Shown here piece by piece: positions 39,749-50,312 of a stretch of DNA of 64,000 bases (its first letter is position 1; the number at the start of each line of letters is the position of its first letter). This stretch comes from Hydrolagus affinis (lineage: Eukaryota): NCBI GenBank assembly GCA_012026655.1, contig JAAILG010000318.1, positions 1-64,000 of the forward strand, given 5' to 3'. The position numbers were made by a program, and so were the translations under genes. Below the pieces are notes generated by a model. The model saw only the letters and a program-made list of their open reading frames with translations. It had not been told where the DNA came from and ran no database searches.

Positions 39749-39861
39749 CTGATGGCAAAAATGATGACCACATATAGAATAGTCATAGATTAGTTATATG
39801 TTGGATAACATTTGGATAATTGGTAACACTTTGCGCAGTTAAGGAAGAACTAGGCGACTAC

Positions 39862-40155
39862 AAACAACAACAAAATTACATTTGTAGAGCGTCTTTCACA
39901 TCAGGAGGATGTCGCAAGGAACTGAACAGTCAGGTCGGGAACCAAGCAAGGGAGAGGGGCAGGGGAGGGCGGGAGAGAGTTAGGAGGGGAGGGAGAGAGT
40001 TGGGAGGGCAGCAGAAGGCACGGTCAAAGAGGAGGGTCTTGAGACCGGCCTTGAAGGAGGTGAGGGAGGGAGCGAGGCGTAGGCACTGTGGGATGGAGTT
40101 CCAGAGTGGGGGGAAGAGAGGCTGAAAGCCCATTCGCTGATGGTAGGGCGGGGGA
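39862..40155 (-). mobile_element. L2 LINE 3' fragment
   Basis: LWNSIPQCLRLAPSLTSFKAGLKTLLFDRAFC; tail GTGAAAGACGCTCTACAAATGTAATTTTGTTGTTG on the minus strand. Confidence 0.88.
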
Positions 40156-41861
40156 CTAAAATGTATGCACAATATATGGCACTAAATAAATTTATTATCA
40201 ACAATCTGAAACACATCCACACATTTGCAAAACAGTTAAAAAAAAACTGTGTTGTGTTTCTAGGCATGGTAGTTCATACTTGCAGAATTATACTTGGTCG
40301 CAGACACAATTGTTCACTTTTGAATTGGATGCAATCAGCAGTCCAGAATTGTGCCTTACATGTCTTCCTGTGAAATTAATCTGATACTTATCATTATGAT
40401 TATTGTGATAATAATGTTATTTGAAAAATCTATTTTACAGGCTTCTGGAATAGTGAGCCATTTGACTGCTATTTTAAAAAGAACTGTTACATAGAATTTT
40501 GCCCTCTTAATCTTTTACCTTGTTTTGTGTGATTTATGATATGTAAGTAGGGAATATTACAGTGTTTGACTAAAGTTCCCAATCAGGATCTAAAGACATG
40601 GCAGTTTACTTAACAGTAGTCTACAAAACTCTAGAGTTGGCCAAAAGACAAATCAAATATGTTCGATATCAACTCCCACAGTGAACATTGTGCGTTTTCT
40701 GTATGCCTGATCAAATCTACATCTGTTCGACATTCTTTTGATTTCTTTCAACAGAAGTGTGCTTCAAAACACAAATCACTTGCACCCTGGATCCTCCAGT
40801 GGCTGTATGCTATACTTAGATTGGATTTTGTTTCTCTAACCAGAATGAGATTCCGTTTCTGAACTTTATAAGATATTATTTCAATTTTATATGAACACCA
40901 GTTTGAGCAGAGAGATGCTTGCTGCTGTCCAACCTCAATGATACAGTTTAAAATCAAAATCTAATTTAATAAATAGTTGAAAATGTACTGCTGCACTTTG
41001 AACTCAAGCGTTTCCAATTACTGTATTATTGTTTCAAAATTATATAAAGTGAAGATGCTACTTCTATTTATTATTGAGGTCTTTAACAAACTAAGGCATT
41101 TAACATTCAGTTTAAGTTTAATGGAGTTCTTTCTTGTTAAAGACCTGGGAAAATTTTAGTTAGGAGTGATCATGATTAATTCTCATCCTTAATTCTTTCA
41201 GTTGTAAACACAATGCTCAAGACAGCCAAATGTTGCATACTGATAATACTACAGTACAGTAGAAGGAAATAAAGATTTTCCCACTGCCTATTAACACTAC
41301 CAAAGATTCCTCAGGTTAGGTCAAACAAAGATGTAATTTGACCATTGCCTTTTGCAACACGACATACAGTCTTGGAAAATGTAGAGCGCAGAGGAAAGCC
41401 ATTCTGCCAATCAATGCTGACACTCGATGAGATTGTGAAACTGCATCAATGTGATATGTGAACTTCCCATAACAATGTTGAATACCAATGTGACAAAATG
41501 CTGGATATTCTATTGAAATAGCATCTGAGTGATTGACCAGGAGCAAATTGTCTGGAGCCGTCTGAGAATTGTTTTTCCACTGAATTTCCCTTTTAGAAGC
41601 TTTCGGAAATATTCAGTGGGAAACAAATCTCTCTGGTGTGTTTTGATCGCTTGTGTTGAGCTGACCTATACTAAAGATTCCCATCACACATTACAATTGG
41701 AAAATAGCAAACGTGAGGGTATATTATATCCAAACGTCAATCAGATACTTGGAGTGCATCTATTGAAGTTGCTTTATGGTTCGTATTTGTCTGTACTGTA
41801 TGAGATGGCATTTTACTTGGTCCGTTAAACTTAATCCATCGCCCCAAAAACACAATAATAA

Positions 41862-42033
41862 ATATTGGTAATTTCAATCCACGCATGTTTTGTGGGACAC
41901 TGCTATGCACAATTGGCTGCCGCGTTTTGCCCACAAATATACAGTCAATTCACTTTACAGTATATTCTGTGAAGCACTTTGAGACGTCAATGATATGAAA
42001 AGCGCTATATCAAATGCAAGGATTATTATTATT
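41862..42033 (+). mobile_element. 5'-truncated tRNA-SINE
   Basis: TGTGGGACACTGCTATGCACAATTGGCTGCCGCGTTTTGCCCAC... and tail GAAAAGCGCTATATCAAATGCAAGG(ATT)n. Confidence 0.88.
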
Positions 42034-42317
42034 AAACTTCAAGGTATTATTTGATTTTTATAATAATTCTAGTGTACGTCTGATTCCTCTAATCCTGATC
42101 ATTTTTTCCAATCATTCTGCTCACGTTGGCTCCAAACTGTGAACCTTTTGGGATACATTGTTATAAAATAAACTCAACAATAATCCTTGAGATAGTGCAT
42201 ATAATATCAAAATATCTGAAAGTGCTTGCAGTAATTACCATTAAACAGAGTGAGTTTGAATTTGTAAGTGATCTATGACAACAGATATCAACTCCATGAA
42301 ACAAAGCTTCCACTCAC

Positions 42318-42481
42318 CACATGTCAATTGCTTCTGCTTTAGGGTTTTAAGTGGTTGGCCCTGTAGAATTATTGGGTAAATACATAATGTTTCATCTGCT
42401 ATTCGAACAGAGGCATTTTGGGCCCACTGCAACACCCATCCAAGGTTGCAGTCACATATTAAGGATTCAGAGCCGAAGTGC
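42318..42481 (-). CDS. ADGRA1: ADGRA exon, LRR C-terminal cap (HFGSESLICDCNLGWVLQWAQNASVRIADETLCIYPIILQGQPLKTLKQKQLTC)
   Basis: 164-nt exon, acceptor ...ctgcag, donor gtgagt. CDC...C.YP...LTC four-cysteine LRRCT pattern; overlaps ORF 42241..42435. Confidence 0.95.
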
Positions 42482-45400
42482 CTGCAGAAGCATAAATTTT
42501 ACATGTAAGGAATATTTAAACAGATATGAGTCACAAACAGTGAAGTCTATAATATATAAACCTCAACCTCTTCACAGGTGTTCAGTTATAAAAATAGCAA
42601 AACCCTATTTGCTGTTTGTTTTTTGAAGGAAATAATTTTATTTGGAAGCTTCAAATATATTGAATGTAGATTCTCCAACAGTGAGTTATTGTTTTACTGG
42701 TGTAAGTCTACAAATCATGGGCATCTTTCTATTTGTAGATCATACAGCCTAATGAAATATAGTGGGACAATTTACAGTGTTCCTTAATGTATTTAAAGAG
42801 TACTGTATCCAATACCAGCTGGTAGTACTCGCTAGGCAACTGATTTGTCCCTCTCAAAATCCTAATACTGCCATTCCGGAGGGGGTGGGGGCTGCTCTTT
42901 TGTAAATTTTAAGATCTACATGAGAATGGGTTTTCCTTTAAAATTACCTTTTGAGGTTTGATCCAGCTCAGAGTGTCAATTCATGCTGCTTGTGTTCCTT
43001 AAAGCATTCCTTAAATAGGTTAAAGAATGATATAAGGAATAACAGAGATAATAACCCCATCATTGTTATTATAAATTAATTATTATATAAATTCTAACCT
43101 GCATACACAGATTATACTTACACCCATCACTGGCCTAATCACAAACTTTAGCAATTTAGAATTTTGGCTATTGGAAGTAGAATGGAATGCTTTGAGGGGG
43201 AAAATAATGAAATATAGGCAACTTGAGCTTCTTCTGATCGTGTCAACAAAATAAAAGATTGTCTGTAATCTTATGGAATGTGCTGCGTGTGAGACATGAA
43301 GTAATATTTTGAGGAGGAGGGAGGCCACATTGGCCATATTTTATTTTTCAGAATAAAGACTGAAGACTGATCTTTGATCTATGATTATTCAACTCAACTG
43401 CTGCACATGTTTAATGGAAGATTTCTACATCCTGCATTCAACCAATTAGGGAATCTTTCAGGGGTTATACTCAATAAGTCTTCACCTCTCAAATTCCTCT
43501 TCTAGCTATTCAGAAGGCAAATTTAAGATACATTCCATAGCCATGAGGTTACCCATCAGCTTACATTGTTGAAAGCAACACAAGGTCACTTCCATCAGTA
43601 GAGTACTGTGGAGCAAAAATACCTGTTTAACAAATCTGTTTGGAGTTGCAATCAAATGCTCTTTGGTTTTATTCCAGGACATTTTGATACAATTTTTAAA
43701 ATTGATATTAATTAAAATAAGTTTTTAACAAAACAATTAATAATCAAACCCCTGTAATTGTCTTATTTCACATTTGTCCAAAAACTGCATTTAATAGTGT
43801 GTTCCGTGCAAATAAGCAGTTACCGGTAAGTGTTAATCCACATTCTCGTTTGCCTTTTTTTTAGCCAATTCACATATTTTGAATCCATTTGAATGCATTC
43901 CAAATCCTGTTGAATGCTACCAATTTGTCTTCGCCTGGTAATCTAGCTTCATATGTTGCTCAAACAAAGTTTAGATCATCAAATAAGTCTTCTCCATATC
44001 ATTTAATAATACTCCAAACACAGCAGAAATGTCTTGAGATTTCATCCACCCATGTGAGCATGGCATTAATCATTTATCTTCATCTTCTATTGCTGAGATA
44101 CGCTTTAGTCTACCTGTTTTGCCACTATTCTGTGTACTTTTTCATTTTAGAAATACTCGGATATAGAATTTTATCAATTGCTTTCGGTGAATCCAAGTAT
44201 GTAGAGTGGATAACCTTCATCTTATAATATAGCTATGTATTTCTCTATTTGCAAGGCAAACTCTCTAGCTACTAAAATTGTGCTAACTTCTCAAATATAG
44301 TTTATTGTTCATTCTTTTTACACAGATGGGCAACTTCAGAAATAATTATTGGCTACAATTGTGGGTCATATAGATCCTGTGTTATTTATGCCCTCCCGAG
44401 CAGAATCTAATAATGGAAGGGCAAAATGCACATCAATGCTATTTATAAATATGTATATAAAGGCACCAACCAATTGTTTCAGTACATAACATACTGACAA
44501 TTAGCTTCTCAGTTATTGGTTTTATTAGATACCTAACAACTTTAAATGTTTTATGAAGCATTTCACTTTCAAAATGCTACAAAGGATTGTATTGTTGCTT
44601 GCCTGAGAGAGTTTGTTTTTATTGCACTTTTATACATTTTTAAATTACTTTGTAACAATGCTAACACCAGATTTTATAATGCAGATTTATATAGATTAAT
44701 ATTTCTGTTTTAATGCAACATTATCATTTATTTATTTTCTAAAAGTATTCATTTGTAACAATTTCAAACTAAGCCCCTTTATGAAGTGAAACACATTCTT
44801 CGTGTAATACTATACTGTTTACAATATAAAGAGTTCTGTTTAAGTAAAATAAACTAGACTCAAAATATTTTTTGCCCTTCTGCACAGGTGCAAATGTTAC
44901 TTACAGCAGTTAAAGCAATTGTCAGGTTTTTCGATCCATACCTATGACTGGAATTTAGAAGGTTACTCGAGAACCTGTACTGGGGCTTGGAGAAATACTG
45001 GTTCAAAGTGCCCTGGATGGCAGTATCCGAATAGGTTCTATGAAATTTATGGAACAATTTACAGAGAGTTGCAAGTCTAATACGAAGGAATGAGCGATCT
45101 TATGGTATCGAGAAATAAATCCAGAAATGCTTTCATATATGCCGAGGCACTTGTCCATAACTATTGCAGTATTGGTCTCATCTCCAGGATTTTATTTTGC
45201 ACTTTTTTTAACACAGATTCCTGTCTCTGGAGCAGGGATATACAGTTTTTTTTAAAGAAAAAAGTATGGCTAGTAACTTTACATGATTGCTCACGTTTTG
45301 AGACAGTCTCCTCCTGCAGGTATTTCTCTCTCATGCAATGAAAAACAAAATCAACATGGTGCTTACCTCATTTAAATATAATTAACTTGCCGATTTATCA

Positions 45401-46096
45401 TCTATTTGCACCTGACCAGAAAATTACTATTTTGCATTTGGATGCATATGAGAAGTGCTAGCAATGCTGGGTGCACATGACATTATTATTTCAGGGGAAA
45501 ATGTCATTCACTGAGCCTGTTTGTTTAAATGCATTTCATTAAGATTCTTCTCTCCGCACTGAGTGCAATTGGTAAATGAGATGATTAAAATAACCTCGAG
45601 TATCCGAAGGACATTTTATCGCTGTTCAAAAGTACTATTTTTAAACATTTTATTAGGTTTCTTTGTTCCTTTTACAGTATATGGAAAAGGATAGTACATA
45701 AAGGGTTGAGAATATAATTAATTGGTATAAACCTGGCATAACGTGGACTTTTAAGTCAAGTTGGTGCCAAAAGAAAATCAGATTCTAATCTACTGTACAG
45801 TATCAGGTCAGGTTAAAAAACAACAATTTTTTGTTCAAATATCCTCAGATTACTTTGATGCTTTGAATGTTGAACTGGATGACCTGAACTGTGAACAATT
45901 TTGTATCTAAATGCCACATTGCTAATGCAGAAGTATTTCCTGATGATATACACTAGGCATTTGAATATAACTTTGTTTGAGAAGTTTTTTTAATCCGAAT
46001 TTCAATGATCTTAAATAAACATAAAAGCGATTGAATTCAATTGAATAGTACTGAATCCTAGTGACCAAGAATTCTTAATCAAAATGGTGTACTCAC

Positions 46097-46168
46097 AAGG
46101 CTTTCAGTGTTACAAGTTCAGCAAACAGCCCAAAAGGAAGGGTTGAAAAGATGTTGCCTGACAAATTT
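46097..46168 (-). CDS. ADGRA1: ADGRA exon, LRR repeat (NLSGNIFSTLPFGLFAELVTLKAL)
   Basis: 72-nt phase 2-2 exon, acceptor ...cttgtag, donor gtgagt. NxSGNxFS motif of ADGRA2/3. Confidence 0.94.
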
Positions 46169-46544
46169 CTACAAGACAAGAAACCATTTATGAACATTAC
46201 CAACAGCAATGTAGAATGTGTTGAGGACAAATTAGTTTGTAAAATTAATATCCATCAATACTCTTAGAAAGACTAAATTGCTTATTATGGCAACTCAATT
46301 TACAAATGCGAACAAGTATTATGCGAACAACAACTTGCATTATGTAGCACTCTTCATATAGGGTAATGTCTCTGAGAGATTCACAGGGACGGGGTTGGAC
46401 ACTCGTCAAAGGAGAAGGGAACAAGTTGGTGACCAAGAGCTGCATTAAAAAAAACATAAAGTATGGACAAAATATGTGTAAAATTTTTTAAATAGCATTA
46501 AAAAATAACCCAGCACAATATTTCAGGATACCCCAAGAGAGTAA

Positions 46545-47060
46545 ACTAGAGGGCATAGACTGCATCTTGTGGAGGGAAGAGTTGGGAGGGTTGATGAGTA
46601 GAGAGTTGGCATAGTCAAGTCTAGAAGTGAGAATGTGTGGATTAGGGTTTTGGCAGCCTGAGGGGAGAGGCAGTGGTGGAATTGGGCAATTTTGTGGAGG
46701 TGGGAGATGGCAGAGTGGATCATGGCACAGACATGGGGTAGAAAGGACAGTTGAGAGTCAAACAAGCTATCAAGGTTCTTGACTGGCTCATTGAGGTGCA
46801 ATGTGCATCCATGGATGGTAATCCATTTCAGCACCTTGGGACATCCTCCCAACATGAAAAGCACTCTACAAATGTAATTTTGCTGTTGTCTTTGTGATGT
46901 TGTCAGTGGAGGTGCTGATGGAAACCCATCAGGAGAGTCTCTGTCTTGTTGATGTTCAACTGAAAAAAGTTAGTTCTCATTCAGGACTTGATGTCTGACA
47001 GACATTCTGTCAAGACAGCAGTGGTCCTGGAATTGTGGGTGGAAGCAAAGAGATTGAGTT
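46545..47060 (-). mobile_element. Degraded L2 ORF2 fragment interrupted by a plus-strand L2 tail (about 46829-46905)
   Basis: VKNLDSLFDSQLSFLPHV...HLHKIAQFHHCLSPQAAKTLIHTF; opposite-orientation tail CACCTTGGGACATCCTCCCAACATGAAAAGCACTCTACAAATGTAATTTTGCTGTTG. Confidence 0.78.
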
Positions 47061-47187
47061 AGAATAAAGAGAGTATATCAAATTCCTTTCATTTGATATG
47101 CTCTTTGTACTAGCAACTCCAGTTATGAATTATTGCAAATTAACCACTATTATCTGCTTAATTAAGTCACAAATGCTTTGTACTTAC

Positions 47188-47259
47188 AATTTAGAGAGGC
47201 GTGGAAGACCTGCAAACATTTGAGGACTGAGACATCCAATCCTGTTGTTAGACAGATCC
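47188..47259 (-). CDS. ADGRA1: ADGRA exon, LRR repeat (DLSNNRIGCLSPQMFAGLPRLSKL)
   Basis: 72-nt phase 2-2 exon, acceptor ...ctgtag, donor gtaagt. DLxNNRIGCL is characteristic of the ADGRA family. Confidence 0.95.
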
Positions 47260-48707
47260 CTACAGATACAACATCAAATAATTAGTTGTGAAGTATTGTT
47301 CATGGTCTCCCCAAAGGCAGAGGAATTCCATCTCTAGTTTTCGTCTCAGTTGGGTTACTACAATTGACTTTCTAAACATTTCTGGATTAGAATAGTGAGA
47401 AAAGAAATTGGCAACATTTGACACCTAGCCTGTAGCCCTTGATAAAAAGTGTGTGCATGTTGATCTTGGGTAAGCTTAAGATGTCCAAGCTCAAACAGTT
47501 TGCTAACATTTGGGTCCACACTCTCGCATGAGGAATGGCCCGTTTGGCAAACATACCAGAGTACTGCTACCATCCAAACCAAAATACCTTTGCACCTCAG
47601 TGCATTCAAGAGAGAAGGAATCCCAAAATAGAAAGTGGTGAGAAAATAAGTCATTTCTAAATTTGGAGGATTTCTCAATTTTTGAGCTTTGTGCCTCTGC
47701 ATCCTACATAAATGTTTCACCATAAATTAGTTGGTTTGGTTTCTTGCAACATTACAGACAGGAGTGATATTTTTCATCAAGCATCGGATGGTTCATCCAT
47801 TAGAATTATGGAATAATAGTTACAAACATGAAACATACCCAAGACAATCATTAATCAATACTACACTGCGTGAATCCCTTGACATTAATTCCTCCATGCA
47901 CAATACAATTTAAGCTAGGGATGGGTTAGTATAGGAAAATGTGGCTGTAAGATTACTGCAACTTGGGATGCCCTCCGACTGGAATCGTGCTAAACAAATA
48001 TTATTTGTTGTTGTAACTCTGAATTAAAATAATCTGGTACACAAGGTTCTTCAGAAGATAATAATGAGATACTTGTTAGAATGTGAGAAGTAGTGAAGTA
48101 CGATGCATTGTTTTGTACAGATCACATGTTCTTTATATCAGCAAGTAAAATCAGAATATAGGCATTTTTGTTTCTTTAGATAGAGATTTCCATTGTGCTG
48201 TAGACCTGGATGTGTTCATAATGTATATTGGCAACAATCTCAAACACAGAGGGATTGCCTCTGTTGTTTAGGACTTTATTACGATTCTTCCTCTTAATTG
48301 AAAAAACACTCTCCAACAAAGCACTGACTCAGCTGTGAATCATTACTGCTGATGCATGCTTGAAATCTTCTGCAGTCATCTCTATCGATGGCATTTAGCC
48401 ATCCCTTGGTCGACCCATCAGAAATGATGCTTCAGTGATACAGAATTACATTCCCAGCAAGTTTCCTCTTCATTCCTGAAAACAACCTAGATGATACTCA
48501 TAAAATCAGCCCAACAAAAGCTCCCAGAGCAAGTACGTTCCCAATTGTTCGGACCACCAGGCAGTGCCACCATTCATTTTTAAATCACGCTACACGACAT
48601 AGGAATTGATACTGGTTCATTTTTTTGCCAGTAGCTGTTATAAGGCGACGAAAATACTTCCTGATGTTTGTTCTAAAATTGTCCTTTCCAACCCCAAACC
48701 TGTTGTC

Positions 48708-48954
48708 TCTGAAATGAAAACAGAAATCACTGGGAACACTCAGCAGGTCAGGCAGCATCTATGGAGAAAGGAAAGTGAGTCAATGCTTCAGGTCCATGAC
48801 CCTGCGTTGGAATAGAGATTTCAGACAAAGGGTCATGGACCTGAAACGTTGACTCATTTTCCTTTCTCCATAGATGCTGCCTGACCTGCTGAGTGTTCCC
48901 AGCGATTTCTGTTTTTGTTTCAGATTTCTAGCATCTGCAGCATTTTGCGATTTT
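48708..48954. mobile_element. Inverted pair of Penelope-like short elements forming a long palindrome
   Basis: 48730-48774 is the exact reverse complement of 48858-48902 (45 bp); imperfect pairing extends over 48708-48924; same family as 14921-15017. Confidence 0.85.
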
Positions 48955-50240
48955 GTTGCTATCGTCTCTAAGTTGGTCTACTGCTTTGGTGTATCAGAAA
49001 GTAAATGTTCTGTATTTTTATTTCTTAATCGCATTTTAAAAATCATATACACATCTGTAAACTCCCCTCTGGGTTGTATCTTTTCAATGTGCAACAGCCC
49101 TTATCATTTCTATGGTCCCTAAAGCATCCACATGAGTTAAAATTAACTAAAATATGACAAAACGTAATTAAATATTAAAGATTTATTAATTTTGGAAGCT
49201 TTTTAAGGCATTTTTAGTTAGTCAGAACACTGTTTGAAAAGTCTCCCAATTTCATCAACTCAGCCAATAAATAATACATGTGGTTGTCCTTAGTATTTTT
49301 CTATGTAACAAGGGGCCATAAACTATTGCGTAATACACAGGGGTTCTTCAGCGAAGGCTAAAAATGTTTAAATTCTCTACACATGCATAGTCATTAAGAA
49401 TTAAACAGTTGCAGGAATCCTATACAGAATGTTCTTCAGACAACCTTCTGACGTCTTCTCAAATGGCAACCAGTAATGGTTGGGCATATCTGTAATTTAC
49501 ATAAAAAACAGTAAAAACTGACTTCTCTCCAAACACTACATGCATTTGTAAGATTTTCATCATCTCTTTGTTGGCCTGAGGACTGCTGAAGAAGGATGTC
49601 TGTAAGAAGGTTTGACTCTTGAAATGTGTCTAAGCAATGCATTTTCAACTCTTGAATCTTCAATTCCTCAAATTCATTTCATTCTTAATGGTGTGTTTAC
49701 GTTTTTTTTAAAAAAAGGAAATATTATCCTCCAAGATATCAAACTAAAGGTACACAGTATTCACTTTATCCAATATCCACAGTTAAAAAGCACTAAGGAA
49801 CTTTAATGAAAGCAGGAATCTGTGAATATTTCATCAACAATGTTGATTATTGACTGTATTATGATATACAGTTCTAACAAAACTACAACTTTTTTCTTGC
49901 TCTGAAAAACTTGATTCACCATGATGAAAGAATGTATGTATTTTCTATAAATCCTTAATCCTTTTGTAAAAATGATAAATATTTGGTTTGCCTGTTTCAT
50001 CTAAAACATTCAAATAATTTCCATGCATTGATACTAAACAACGTATTGCATTTGCATTACATATTGTCAAAACATTTAATGTATTAATTGATCCATAGGA
50101 GAGTAATAATATAATATTGATTGTCAGCAACTCTTTTATTACCCCCAGTGCTTTATTGCTATGTTTCTACCTAAACAGACAAGGTATGAAATGAACTAAT
50201 TTGACAGAGCAGAGGCAAATCAAATAGATTGAATACTTAC

Positions 50241-50312
50241 AGACGCCTCAGTTCTGAAAGCCCATAGAAAGCTCCAGGCTCAATTCTGCTAATCAAGTTA
50301 TTCTTCAAATCC
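50241..50312 (-). CDS. ADGRA1: ADGRA exon, LRR repeat (DLKNNLISRIEPGAFYGLSELRRL)
   Basis: 72-nt phase 2-2 exon, acceptor ...ctctag, donor gtaagt. Matches ADGRA2/3 LDLRNNxISxxxPGAFxGLxxLKRL. Not in the ORF track; read manually. Confidence 0.93.

Larger units (their letters stand above)
15698..50312 (-). other. ADGRA1: Span of 10 internal coding exons of an adhesion GPCR subfamily A gene (probably long-form ADGRA1/GPR123); gene continues beyond both ends
   Basis: All ten exons have GT-AG boundaries and compatible phases (2-2-2-2-1-2-2-0-0-0-0), giving a 1489-nt stop-free frame. Domain order LRR-LRRCT-Ig-HormR-GAIN matches ADGRA2/ADGRA3. Family assignment is near certain; the paralogue call is inference from recalled sequences. 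Confidence 0.6.
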
